This document shows positions 33,397 to 42,442 of a stretch of DNA of 64,000 nt, piece by piece. A program made the position numbers and the translations under genes. The stretch is from a virus. The DNA is taken from the IMG/VR virus record IMGVR_UViG_3300027887_000007, positions 32,001 to 96,000 of that record, one strand, 5' to 3'. The notes under the pieces were generated by a model. That model was given only the letters and a program-made list of their open reading frames with translations. It was not told where the DNA came from and searched no databases. Positions within the stretch are counted from its first letter, which is position 1, and the number at the start of each line of letters is the position of its first letter.

Positions 33397-34032
33397 CTAC
33401 GGTGTCAGCGTCATCGAGGTACGGTTATTGTTGGCATCCGTCACCACCACAGCCCTTGTAGCAACCCCGTTCGGCGTCTTGAACGTCTTTCCGGCATTCG
33501 CCGTGACGCCAGATAGTACCGACAGCAGAATCGAAAGGATCTGGTCGTAAGTGTAGTTCCCCTGTGATTCTGCAATTCGAGCGCCAAGCGCCGCCGCGAT
33601 CGTACTTTCCGTCACCACCTGAAGGTCGAATGCCGTAAGCTGGATTTCCTTCATATTCGGCCCGATGTTCAGTGCCGTGGTCGTGGCCTCGTAAATGTTG
33701 ATCTGGACCTTTGCGGAGGCGTCGGCAGCTCCGAAGATCGTTGCCGAATCGTGGAACTGGATCTCGTACATCCCCGGGAAGTTGGTCGCGTCAACCGCCT
33801 TGAACCTGCAGTACGTCGAGCCCGTGGGCGCCTGGTAGGTCCCGGGAGTCGTGATGTCCTCGATGTTGGCCCCCGTGTAGGTCACGGTTGCCCCCTGCTC
33901 CCTCCGGTAGGCAATCACGAGGTTCGTACTGGCGTTGGTCAGGCCGGTCTTTCCCGCACCTGTCGTACTCGAGTTGTCGGGGATGAAAACCCGAACCATC
34001 TGAGATGTGGCTCCGCGGGTTCTGATGTCCAC
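33397..34032 (-). CDS. Hypothetical structural protein
   Basis: Ig-like N-terminus (GKTGLT, VDATNFPGMYE); C-terminal TYDQILSILLSVLSG..TDANNNRTSMTL. Confidence 0.6.
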   Translation of the reverse strand: MDIRTRGATSQMVRVFIPDNSSTTGAGKTGLTNASTNLVIAYRREQGATVTYTGANIEDITTPGTYQAPTGSTYCRFKAVDATNFPGMYEIQFHDSATIFGAADASAKVQINIYEATTTALNIGPNMKEIQLTAFDLQVVTESTIAAALGARIAESQGNYTYDQILSILLSVLSGVTANAGKTFKTPNGVATRAVVVTDANNNRTSMTLTP

Positions 34033-34404
34033 CTAAAAGCCCCCTCTCATGGCGCTGAATCCACCGTAGAAGTCCGGGTTGATCAGTAATCCACCGGTTT
34101 CCTTGACGATGACCTCAAGTACAAACTGCGACACTCTTGGACCCGCGTCTGAGTAGAACACCGTCTCAGTGGCGAACTGTGAGACTCTCGGCGGGTCATC
34201 GCTTCCATAGATCGTTTCTACCGCTAACTGGCTGACCTTGTTGACCGAATTTTCTAGGACCGAGTACAGCAGAGCCTTTGTGATGTCTATGCCGGCAGGC
34301 GGCTCTATGACTGACTCTAGTACTCCCTTCGCTACGCCAAGCCCGGTTGTCGGCTCGAGGACCGAGTAAAGTACAGATTTACTGACCTCTACACCTTCAG
34401 CCAT
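34033..34404 (-). CDS. Beta-strand repeat protein (putative appendage scaffold, 3+3 repeats)
   Basis: VSKSVLYSVLE/VAKGVLESVIE/ITKALLYSVLE, then KVSQLAVETI/RVSQFATETV/RVSQFVLEVI. Confidence 0.6.
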   Translation of the reverse strand: MAEGVEVSKSVLYSVLEPTTGLGVAKGVLESVIEPPAGIDITKALLYSVLENSVNKVSQLAVETIYGSDDPPRVSQFATETVFYSDAGPRVSQFVLEVIVKETGGLLINPDFYGGFSAMRGGF

Positions 34405-34422
34405 CTAACATCCCCTCGGACT

Positions 34423-35406
34423 CTACGTGGCAGACCTGAAATTGATCTGGGCAGCGTCCAGAAGAGTCGGGGTTATCGCCGCCGCGTTCCACTGCGTCAT
34501 GTAGCGTTCGTAGGTTTGCCATCCAGAGGCAAGGGCTTGCCCCGCGTCGACGTCAACCGTCCCGCCGGACTTTACCCCAAGCTTCAGTGTGCCGACTGTT
34601 GCCGAAGACGTCTTCAATGCTCTGGCGGCAATCTTCGTAGCTATCACGTTCACCGAAGAAGACGGCAGGTTCGACAGCCCAAACTGGGCATCCTGAGCGT
34701 CTGAGTCGACGACGATCAGATCGGCATCGCTGATCGTCGTTTCGTCGATATCCGTGTACGCTCCGGTCCAAGCATTCGCATCCCCGGCGCCGTTGGGGTA
34801 GTGCGTTACCAGTGACATAGCCCGCGTGTCAGTGGTAGCCACGATCATCTCGGAGAAGTACTCCGTTCCCGAACCGGACAGGTGGGTGTAGATGACTACG
34901 ATGTCGAAATCGGATACACCCGAGATCGACGAGTCTCCGGTGAAGGTGAGGGCCAAGACGCCATCGACGTAGACCCTTATTGTGGAAGAGCCCCCGTAGC
35001 TCGACAGCTGCATGTCGATCTTCTGAAGCGTGTTGTTGATAAGCACCGTACTCGCCGATGCCGCAAGCTCAGTTCTCGTGGATCCGTCCCATGTTGCGAC
35101 ACTGACCTTTCCACCGGAGCTTGTTGCGGGACCAAGGAATATCCCTTTGTCCGTTCCCAGCTTGCCGATCCCTATCTTCATCCGGCCGGCGTTGGCTGTG
35201 TCTATCTTCCACCAGACAGACAGCCAGCAGGACGTTACACCACCGCCAGAGAAGGTCGTCGACTTGTAGTAAACGTAGGGGGAGGCTGTAAACCTCACCG
35301 AGCATCTGCCGTACCCGGAACGGAATGTCGTCGAACCGGTCTCCACCGGAATTGTGCTAGCGTTTGGAAAGTCGATGTCCTCTCCACCGCACCATAGGAT
35401 CGACAT
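34423..35406 (-). CDS. Virion appendage protein, LamG-like (divergent paralog 2 of 4)
   Basis: IRVYVDGVLALTFTGD, FSEMIVA..DTR..L....PNGAGD..AWTG.YTDIDE; ends LDAAQINFRSAT. Confidence 0.65.
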   Translation of the reverse strand: MSILWCGGEDIDFPNASTIPVETGSTTFRSGYGRCSVRFTASPYVYYKSTTFSGGGVTSCWLSVWWKIDTANAGRMKIGIGKLGTDKGIFLGPATSSGGKVSVATWDGSTRTELAASASTVLINNTLQKIDMQLSSYGGSSTIRVYVDGVLALTFTGDSSISGVSDFDIVVIYTHLSGSGTEYFSEMIVATTDTRAMSLVTHYPNGAGDANAWTGAYTDIDETTISDADLIVVDSDAQDAQFGLSNLPSSSVNVIATKIAARALKTSSATVGTLKLGVKSGGTVDVDAGQALASGWQTYERYMTQWNAAAITPTLLDAAQINFRSAT

Positions 35407-36458
35407 TACGTTTCCCTCTTGTAGCCGAACTCGGCAGCATTAAAGCCGGCCTTGGTGAATGGATATCCCGTAGTCGGATCCACATAGACTGGACTCTGCA
35501 GCCAGTTGTAACTCCCGGCGACTGCCTTTTCCGGGCCCAAGCCGTCGGTTGTGCCGGTTCGAGCAACCCCCTTCACGGAAGCGCCGCCCTCAACCTTGGT
35601 GTAGATGCTGCAAACCACTGCAGAAATCGCAGACGCCGCGGCTAGTTGTGTGACGGAGAAGGTGTCAATCTCTCCGACTGTTTCCGTGTAGTTGTAGGTT
35701 GTGTCGTCGTCTGGGGGGACTTCGTCTACGTTGGCGTAGTTGTCTGATCCGGCACTGCGATCCCATTGCTTGTAGGATCCGTCGGCAGTAGGAACGCACA
35801 CTTGAACGATGCGTGGGCCGAGGAGGGCATTGCAGTACGAACCGGTGGTGTCCATGATGATGATGTCGGACCATCTGGCCGTATTGGCGTCCCAGTCCCC
35901 TTCCGTTCCGGTCCCGTATCCGAATCTGATTTTGTTGCAGTAGGCGTTTGCGGTGTACTGGGTGTCCTGACCGGTGAGATTCAGAACCGTTTGATTGTCG
36001 ACCTTTACCAGAACTGCTCCGACCGAGTTGTCGATCGTTACGTCCACCTCTATCTGGTGCCAAGCGTTTGCCGGCACCGACGCGCCAGACTCTTCACCGA
36101 TTTTTGTTCCGACCCCACTGCTGGCACGGTAGGCAGATATCTTCCCATTAGCACAACCTATGGATAGCTGGGCGCCGTACCGCGCATCTCCGTCCGAGAA
36201 GGTGACAAGGGCCGGGATCCCGGGGCCCCACCACTGCGAAGCGTAGAATCCGAATTGAACCAGAATCCGCTGGTAGTTTGCCGGGAGAGCTTTCACGAAG
36301 TACTGCCCGCCGCATTGCGGGTGAATCAAGTACCTCGCGTTTGCGGTCCTGCCCGATCCCGTGCCGATCGAAGGACTGTAGCCCACACCAAACGAGTCGT
36401 ACCGTTTGGTGATCAGCGAGATGTCGTATGGGAATCCGTCGACGAACAGGAGGGCCAT
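35406..36458 (-). CDS. Virion appendage protein, LamG-like (paralog 1 of 4)
   Basis: MALLFVDGF, AWHQIEVDV, WSDIIIMDTTG, PTADG, VDEVPPDDDTTYN, DPTTGYPFT..NAAEFGYK. Confidence 0.7.
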   Translation of the reverse strand: MALLFVDGFPYDISLITKRYDSFGVGYSPSIGTGSGRTANARYLIHPQCGGQYFVKALPANYQRILVQFGFYASQWWGPGIPALVTFSDGDARYGAQLSIGCANGKISAYRASSGVGTKIGEESGASVPANAWHQIEVDVTIDNSVGAVLVKVDNQTVLNLTGQDTQYTANAYCNKIRFGYGTGTEGDWDANTARWSDIIIMDTTGSYCNALLGPRIVQVCVPTADGSYKQWDRSAGSDNYANVDEVPPDDDTTYNYTETVGEIDTFSVTQLAAASAISAVVCSIYTKVEGGASVKGVARTGTTDGLGPEKAVAGSYNWLQSPVYVDPTTGYPFTKAGFNAAEFGYKRET

Positions 36459-36461
36459 GGC

Positions 36462-37112
36462 TTAGACGCTCGTCATCGTAATCGTTACCATCACGTTGAC
36501 CGTGTCACCGGATCCAACAATCTTCACCCCACCGGTAAAGTCGCCTTCACCGAGCAGGGTTCCGGTGCTGTCTGCCTTGACTGGATTGTCTACGAGACCG
36601 CCGCCGCGGACGGTCATGTCGGCATTGATGTTGAAAACCGCCTTGGACCCGGAGTTGCTGACGGCCCCGCCAGAGATGGTTCCCGGCGTGAATGCCGGCC
36701 GGGTCGCGTTGCTGTAGGGTTGACCCTCCACCCATCCGCCGTGGGTTGCGAAGGTGTCGGCTGCGCTATAGCCGGTAGTGAACCCCGCGTTGTTGACGAG
36801 GAAGACGTACCAGGCCGGAACCGCAAGCCCGGTCTTCAAGGTGGCATCGAGGTAGGCGTTCAACCCCACGGTCGGGACAAGATTCTCGATCTTGTCGTAC
36901 CAGATCCGCTCGCTGCGATGCGGCAGCGGACATTGATCATGAGGGGTGGTGCAGCGGGCCCCATCTTCGTGATAGTGCCGGAAGCACTCGAAGTCGTAAG
37001 TCTGCGAGACTCGGATGTTCTGTCCAGCTCTCATCCGGCCGAGTTCCTTTGCGACAGCCTCGCGGACCTTCGACAGGGACACCCTAATGGTTCCGTGTAC
37101 GGCTTCGTCCAT
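36462..37112 (-). CDS. Tail-fibre base-like structural protein
   Basis: ENLVPTVGLNAYLD, YSNATRPAF..GTISGG, F.INAD.TVRG, VGSGDTVNV. Carries a small Cys/His insert (CFRHYH..CTTPHDQC). Confidence 0.6.
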   Translation of the reverse strand: MDEAVHGTIRVSLSKVREAVAKELGRMRAGQNIRVSQTYDFECFRHYHEDGARCTTPHDQCPLPHRSERIWYDKIENLVPTVGLNAYLDATLKTGLAVPAWYVFLVNNAGFTTGYSAADTFATHGGWVEGQPYSNATRPAFTPGTISGGAVSNSGSKAVFNINADMTVRGGGLVDNPVKADSTGTLLGEGDFTGGVKIVGSGDTVNVMVTITMTSV

Positions 37113-37127
37113 GACACCCCCCAAACG

Positions 37128-37433
37128 TCAGAATTCTTCGTACATGACGTTGGCGATATCTCCGTCCGCAGACGCCAGAACGTAGATCGCGCTCAGGTCG
37201 AGACCGTTCTGCGGCCCGCCGTCAATGTGGAGGATATGCGAATGAGCAGAGGCCACCGGCTTGATGAGTTCGATGCCGTCTAGCTGGGAGATCGTGTCGT
37301 CTCCGACCATCAGGTATCCGTCGTTGTCCCTCTTGGCCTGAATCCAGACCTGTCGGCACTTGATGGACGTCGGCCAGATCGGGTAGGCGACTTCTTTCGC
37401 GGTACAGGTGACATACACTGATTTGATTGCCAT
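37128..37433 (-). CDS. Small beta-sandwich virion protein (paralog of 44391-44717)
   Basis: VWIQAKRDNDGYLMVG...LDLSAIYVLA..DGD. Confidence 0.6.
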   Translation of the reverse strand: MAIKSVYVTCTAKEVAYPIWPTSIKCRQVWIQAKRDNDGYLMVGDDTISQLDGIELIKPVASAHSHILHIDGGPQNGLDLSAIYVLASADGDIANVMYEEF

Positions 37434-37442
37434 CGCCCCTCC

Positions 37443-37667
37443 CTAGAAGCCCTGACGGTTGCGCCCGCAACCCTCGGACGGAAGGTCGTCCTCGTCGAGA
37501 ACGAACGGTGTGCTGAACTGCCCCCCGGACTTCACCCCGCAGTCAGGCACCTTGAAGGCCATGGCGGGATCGTCGGCCGATCTGCCGTCTGGGATCTTGT
37601 GGCCGGTAGGCGCCTGATTGAACGTGGGATCCGGACGACACTCGTCCCTTGGTATCTCTTTTCTCAT
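37443..37667 (-). CDS. Hypothetical protein (74 aa)
   Basis: GGAGG RBS; fills the operon gap. Confidence 0.55.
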   Translation of the reverse strand: MRKEIPRDECRPDPTFNQAPTGHKIPDGRSADDPAMAFKVPDCGVKSGGQFSTPFVLDEDDLPSEGCGRNRQGF

Positions 37668-37685
37668 ACGTCCTCCACCGACAGT

Positions 37686-38327
37686 TTACTGTTTCTCTGT
37701 CAACACCCGGTTGAAGTCCTTAGACCCCACCGGTTTTGGCACACCCATCTGGTTGACCTCAAACGATGTATCGCAGTGGATCTTGATCCCGGCTGCCGTG
37801 GCAGACTGGCAGAAGTTGAGGTCGGCAGTGAACTTCTCTTCCTTGTCGTACCAGAACCAAGGCTCCCTCATCTGCCAGAGTATCTCGGTCCGGATCATGA
37901 TCACACCGGTCCCTACCCCGTCGCACTCAACGAGTGCGTTTTTGGGGTAGTCCAATATCGGATTCATGCTGCCGTCCGGGGCCCTTTTGAAGAGCAGGGG
38001 GGCATGGTCGCCACCGGACCTGAAGAACAGCGGTGCGACGATGTCCACGTTCCGCTCGAGCAGACGGTCGAACACATCGGCCGTTGGAAGCATGTCATCG
38101 TCGATCATGGCGACGTGACTGAGACCGTTGTTCTTGGCGATACTGCAGGCTATGTTTCTGGCCTTGGTGATCTTCATCTTGGGGCCGGCAACCATCCACC
38201 TGACGAGGAATCGCCCTTCGGCTTCCGCCCGTCCGCAGGCTCCAGCAAGAACCAGAAAGTGAGAGAATGGTGTTGGTTGGACTCCCCAGTAGGAGGGGAC
38301 TAGGGCAAGGATTTTCGCATCTGGCAT
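37686..38327 (-). CDS. GT-A fold glycosyltransferase-like protein
   Basis: ITKARN, HVAMIDDDM (DxD), DIVAPLFF, GVGTGVIMIR, PWF, ADLNFC...AGIKIHCDTS. Confidence 0.75.
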   Translation of the reverse strand: MPDAKILALVPSYWGVQPTPFSHFLVLAGACGRAEAEGRFLVRWMVAGPKMKITKARNIACSIAKNNGLSHVAMIDDDMLPTADVFDRLLERNVDIVAPLFFRSGGDHAPLLFKRAPDGSMNPILDYPKNALVECDGVGTGVIMIRTEILWQMREPWFWYDKEEKFTADLNFCQSATAAGIKIHCDTSFEVNQMGVPKPVGSKDFNRVLTEKQ

Positions 38328-38333
38328 GACACC

Positions 38334-39557
38334 TCAGACATAGCCGTAAACCGAGTCGACGTCGTGGCTCTGCCAGTAGTTCGCACCATGCTGCGTGAAC
38401 GGATAGCGAGAGTACGCCCACTGAAGGTTCTGCATGTAGATCGAATCGTCCGCCAACGCCGCGGCTGCATAGTCAGCCTCGAACTGCATCTGGAAGTCCC
38501 TCGCCGTCCCGGGGTCGTAGTAAGGGCTCTTGGGATTGTACTTCAGAACGTCCGCAATCGCACCATTTACTAGGACATGGCTCGGCATTGCCGGTGGCGC
38601 CGTATCCGTATCATCGACGAGGTTGGGGACGGTCCGGTAGGCGAGGTACGGGAACCCCTGCTCCATGGACGGAGCCGGGTAGAGCTCGTACTGAAACCGG
38701 CCGATCTCGTCTGGGATGTAGTCGACCATCATGTAGCAGAAGCCGGTCGTCTGCCGCCAAGTGTCGTAGGTATTGACCACCTCCTGAGGCATGTTGAGCC
38801 GGAGGCGCCAACCCTGCTTGTTGTTCACCACGGACCAGACCATCCGCAGGTTTTGTTCCAAGGAGACGTAGGCCTTCATGATCTGGTAGGCGGATCCGGG
38901 TCCGAATGTAGCATGGCCCCAAACCAGATCGAGGGTAAGGTACTGACCGGTCACAGCGGGTCCGTGTACCCCTTTGATTCCGTAGAAGGACGTCGTCGTG
39001 CCGATTCTAAACTGCCGGCGGGCTAGCGAGCTCTTCCAGATCGTCTCCCCGGCCGCGTGTGCCTTTGCGGGGATCGCCTTGAAGCTGGTCGCACCAACGC
39101 TGATGACCAGCATGAACTCCCGCTGAGTCCCTCCGGTCGGGTCGCCTATGGTGTCGCCGCCATCGAACGTCAGCCAGTCCCCGGCCTCAATTCCAGACAT
39201 GCTGGCCGGGTAGACGTCCTGCAACTCGTTGACGATCGTGATTGCTGTGCCGAGGGTTGTATTGACGAGGTCGTTGCGGGGCCAAGACGTGGCGACCCCT
39301 GTGACGAGGGCGGACCCCTGCGTAGCTGTGACCGTACCGGTAGTGTAGGCTGCCGGGACTACGATCTGGCCGCGGACTAGCAGGCCGCCCCACATTCGGC
39401 GGTCCTGTAGTTGACGCAGACGGGTATTGATTCGCCGCTTCGCCAGTTGCGGGGGACAGTCCGGGTTGTAGGTCAACACATGGTCGACCATCTGCCGGAA
39501 GTTCTCTTGAACCGCCCCGCCGCCGGCGTAGGGCTGCATCGGGCCGACGACGGCCAT
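38334..39557 (-). CDS. Head-tail adaptor/neck protein with inserted beta domains
   Basis: Helical N-terminus (AKRRIN..LRQL), insert beginning GTVTATQGSALVTG, then YELYPAPS and HVLVNGAIAD, typical of adaptors; follows the capsid genes. Confidence 0.6.
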   Translation of the reverse strand: MAVVGPMQPYAGGGAVQENFRQMVDHVLTYNPDCPPQLAKRRINTRLRQLQDRRMWGGLLVRGQIVVPAAYTTGTVTATQGSALVTGVATSWPRNDLVNTTLGTAITIVNELQDVYPASMSGIEAGDWLTFDGGDTIGDPTGGTQREFMLVISVGATSFKAIPAKAHAAGETIWKSSLARRQFRIGTTTSFYGIKGVHGPAVTGQYLTLDLVWGHATFGPGSAYQIMKAYVSLEQNLRMVWSVVNNKQGWRLRLNMPQEVVNTYDTWRQTTGFCYMMVDYIPDEIGRFQYELYPAPSMEQGFPYLAYRTVPNLVDDTDTAPPAMPSHVLVNGAIADVLKYNPKSPYYDPGTARDFQMQFEADYAAAALADDSIYMQNLQWAYSRYPFTQHGANYWQSHDVDSVYGYV

Positions 39558-39580
39558 AGCACACCCTTTCCGTAGGCTCA

Positions 39581-39604
39581 CCCCGGGCGGGCGCCCGCCC
39601 GGGG
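39581..39604. terminator. Perfect 24-bp GC palindrome (hairpin) after the capsid/decoration genes
   Basis: CCCCGGGCGGGC|GCCCGCCCGGGG in an intergenic gap. No U-tract, so it may be a stabilising or attenuating hairpin. Confidence 0.5.
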
Positions 39605-39610
39605 CTTACC

Positions 39611-39859
39611 TCATGCGTGTCCGATCGCCAGAACTAGAGCGTTCGTCAGACCACCGCTGCAAGCGAAGGTCACTCGTCCACCGCTGTACGTTGCCCCGGT
39701 TGTCACACCAGAGGTTCCGTTTTCGATGAAGCAGGCCTCCACCTTACCGAGACCAGTGTCCCAGTAATCGGTTGCACCGGCAGACGAGAACGTCGCCAGA
39801 ACTGCCATCCGGTTGCCGAGGTTGAGCTGGATCTTGCTGGCTTCTGTTGCCGCAGCCAT
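39611..39859 (-). CDS. Small capsid-associated protein
   Basis: 82 aa, beta-rich; GGAGG RBS; follows the decoration gene. Confidence 0.55.
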   Translation of the reverse strand: MAAATEASKIQLNLGNRMAVLATFSSAGATDYWDTGLGKVEACFIENGTSGVTTGATYSGGRVTFACSGGLTNALVLAIGHA

Positions 39860-39870
39860 CCCTTACCTCC

Positions 39871-40407
39871 TTACCAGATCAAGTTCTGGAGAAGAACCGT
39901 GTTTGTGCCGGCCGTGCCGTTGCGAGCTGAAAGCGCAAGGGCATAGACGCAGTCGGTGACGGTTTGCGCTTCGGCGATCCGCGCAAAGATCCCGTCGTTG
40001 GTCGAACCGGTACACATATCGCCAGCCACGGTCGAAGCCGCGGTCTTGGCTGTGCAGGTTCCACCAACCTGAATCCATGTGTAGTAGCCGTCGGTGACAA
40101 CGCCACCGAAGATGCCGGCGACCGCATTCTTGCCGCCGAGTGTGTCGGTCCAGTCCATCGTGACCGTGAAAACGCCGTCGGTGGTAGCCGTCGGCATCGT
40201 CAAAGTCTTCCAAACCGCCACGCCGTACGCAACGCTGGCGACGTTTCCGGATCCGTTGTCAAACTTGACGTACCGGTAAACTTTGCCGTTCCACCGCAGC
40301 AATGCGCCCAAGGGCGCCTTGGCCACAGCGTCGTTTGCTGCACCGGGACCGCTCGCTGGAACCTCGACGGTCTCCAGTGTCCCGTAAGTGAAAAGACCCT
40401 CACCCAT
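39871..40407 (-). CDS. Capsid decoration/cement protein
   Basis: PLG..LRWNGKVYRYVK and DGYYTWIQVGG motifs; immediately after the MCP; AGGAG RBS. Confidence 0.7.
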   Translation of the reverse strand: MGEGLFTYGTLETVEVPASGPGAANDAVAKAPLGALLRWNGKVYRYVKFDNGSGNVASVAYGVAVWKTLTMPTATTDGVFTVTMDWTDTLGGKNAVAGIFGGVVTDGYYTWIQVGGTCTAKTAASTVAGDMCTGSTNDGIFARIAEAQTVTDCVYALALSARNGTAGTNTVLLQNLIW

Positions 40408-40427
40408 GACACTTTCTCCTTTCGAGG

Positions 40428-41402
40428 TTACAGGGAAGTTACCCCAGACAGAACGAAGTTGAGACGCGGGGCCGGGAACAGGAGGTTGCCGGAGAAGAGA
40501 TACTGACCGGCGACGTCATCCGTGTTCTGCGCTTCCTTGAACCCGGTGAACCCGAACTGGTACTTCGGCAACGTGCTGATCCAGAACTGGATGTACTTCG
40601 TGTTGAGACCGAAGATGTATCCAGACGGAGCGTACTGGTCGACGGTGATGCTGGCGCCGTTCCAGCGCAAGCTCTGGAATCCGATCTTCGCCACGTCCGA
40701 GGATTCCTCAAGGAACCTCTGCTGCGGCTGGACCTTGTTCCAGACCATGTCCCAGATGGACTGAGACGTGACGATGAGGTCGATGTGTTCGTTGCCGAAC
40801 CATGACGCACCGTACGCGGTCTGAAGTCCAAGCATCGTGAACGGCTGGAGGGTGTTGACGTAACCGTTGATGCCCTGGTTGTTGGTGCCGTTGGCAACGC
40901 CCAGATCGGAGCGCGTGATGCCCCCGTACGAAGCGTAGGTGTTGCCGTTGTCGAGGGCCTGAAGCATCCCATCGAGGTTGATCGTTGCTGAGTTGACGCC
41001 CGTCCCGTCAAGGAAGAGGTCGGTGCCGAGGAGCTTTGCCATCTTGCCGCTGGCGTTGACCATCTTCGACTCGACGTAGTTCATCGCCGCGTCTGGACCC
41101 CGAGCGATCACGTTGTCAGTGCCGAACAGCGTGACATTGACGTAGTAGTACTTGGGGTTAACCTCGATCGCGGTGTCGGTCTGGACGTAGGTGATGTTGA
41201 AGGTGCCGCCCCTCTGAAATGCGCCGCCGTTGAGTTCCGCGTACGCGATCGGGTGCCTGATCGTCGTACCACCCTCAAACCGCTCTGCATTTCTGGTTCG
41301 GAGGCGGGTGAAGACTGGCGAGGATTTGTAGACGTTGTCTACCAACCGGGGGACAATGTGCTTATTGACCTTCCCGGTTATGTCGTCCCATGTTAGGGCC
41401 AT
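40428..41402 (-). CDS. Major capsid protein (HK97 fold)
   Basis: LVDNVYKSSPVF, GGTTIRHPI, YVESKMVNA..MAKLLGTDLF.DGTG, YGGITRS, GFQSLRWNGA.I.VD, NL....PR; follows the scaffold. Confidence 0.9.
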   Translation of the reverse strand: MALTWDDITGKVNKHIVPRLVDNVYKSSPVFTRLRTRNAERFEGGTTIRHPIAYAELNGGAFQRGGTFNITYVQTDTAIEVNPKYYYVNVTLFGTDNVIARGPDAAMNYVESKMVNASGKMAKLLGTDLFLDGTGVNSATINLDGMLQALDNGNTYASYGGITRSDLGVANGTNNQGINGYVNTLQPFTMLGLQTAYGASWFGNEHIDLIVTSQSIWDMVWNKVQPQQRFLEESSDVAKIGFQSLRWNGASITVDQYAPSGYIFGLNTKYIQFWISTLPKYQFGFTGFKEAQNTDDVAGQYLFSGNLLFPAPRLNFVLSGVTSL

Positions 41403-41620
41403 CTCACTGACTCCATTGAAGTTAGGTTACAAGCCGTCCGCTAATGCGGATACTCCGACCGGAACATTACCGATCGGCTGATCTGCACTCGCCTCTGCCT
41501 TGTCGCCTTCCTTCTATGGCTCCCCGCGAGATAGCGGTTCCATTTCGGGCTCGGGCGCTGGCACTTGGGGTCAAGTGCTGCGCGGCCGGCCGGGAACGCC
41601 CCGACCGGCCAGCAGGAGGT
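41403..41620 (-). other. Highly structured intergenic region / 5' leader of the major capsid gene
   Basis: Minus-strand hairpins GGCCGGTCGGG..CCCGGCCGGCC, GCACTTG-ACCC-CAAGTGC, CCGATCGG..CCGGTCGG, TCCGC-ATTA-GCGGA. Confidence 0.55.
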
Positions 41621-42442
41621 CTAGAATTTCCCCTCTTGCCTGAGCTCCTGAGCGACCAGATTGGCAAGTCGGCCGGAGCCGTCCGCCATGACGTCCTCAG
41701 GAATATTTCCCGTTTCCTTCTTCTGCAACCGGACTTGGAGCGGTCCCAGATTGGGCTCCCCGCCCCCCTGATCCAGAGGAAGGTTAGAGGTTTTGATTCT
41801 TTCAGCGTACTTCTTCTCGTACTCGGCCTCGATTTCCTGCCGGATCTTCGCTTCTTTGAAGTCCTTGGTCAGGTACTCGTAGGCCCCTTGGAGGTCTCCG
41901 TTGCGCTTCTGCGCTTCCGAGATGAGTTGGTTGCGGTCAAGCCTCTTGCCGTAGGTCTCGAAGCATTCGGTCTGCTTGTCGATCACGTCGAAAATCGCCG
42001 CACCGAGCCCGTCGCCACGCTTGACGAGCTCCTCTTCCATCTTGTCGGCCGTGACGAGCTTACCCTGCTCAAGCATCTGGTCGAACTGGGTAATCCTCGT
42101 CTTCGCTTCTGCCAGTTCAGCCCGTGCTTCCCGCAGTGCTTTGTTCAAAGCCTCGTCCTCGACTCCCGTAAGGTCATCGCCCTTTTTTGCTTCTTCGAGC
42201 AGACTCACCCGGTTCTTGAGGTCGTCGCGCTCCTTGATCGCCGCCTTGAATTCGGCGTCGGCCTTCTGGTGCCACGACTGCCACTCTTTTTGTTTCGCAG
42301 TGAGCTCGTTCATCCTGCGGCTGTAATCAGACTGCCGCAGGCCGTTCTCGGAGTTCTCCAAGAGCTGCTTCCGTGTTGCTTCTCGCTTCGTTGGATCGGT
42401 AATGAGGCCGACCAACGCCTCGAGTTCCGCTGACAACGGCAT
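41621..42442 (-). CDS. Capsid scaffolding protein
   Basis: LRQSDYSRRMNEL motif, acidic coiled coil, directly upstream of the MCP. Confidence 0.8.
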   Translation of the reverse strand: MPLSAELEALVGLITDPTKREATRKQLLENSENGLRQSDYSRRMNELTAKQKEWQSWHQKADAEFKAAIKERDDLKNRVSLLEEAKKGDDLTGVEDEALNKALREARAELAEAKTRITQFDQMLEQGKLVTADKMEEELVKRGDGLGAAIFDVIDKQTECFETYGKRLDRNQLISEAQKRNGDLQGAYEYLTKDFKEAKIRQEIEAEYEKKYAERIKTSNLPLDQGGGEPNLGPLQVRLQKKETGNIPEDVMADGSGRLANLVAQELRQEGKF

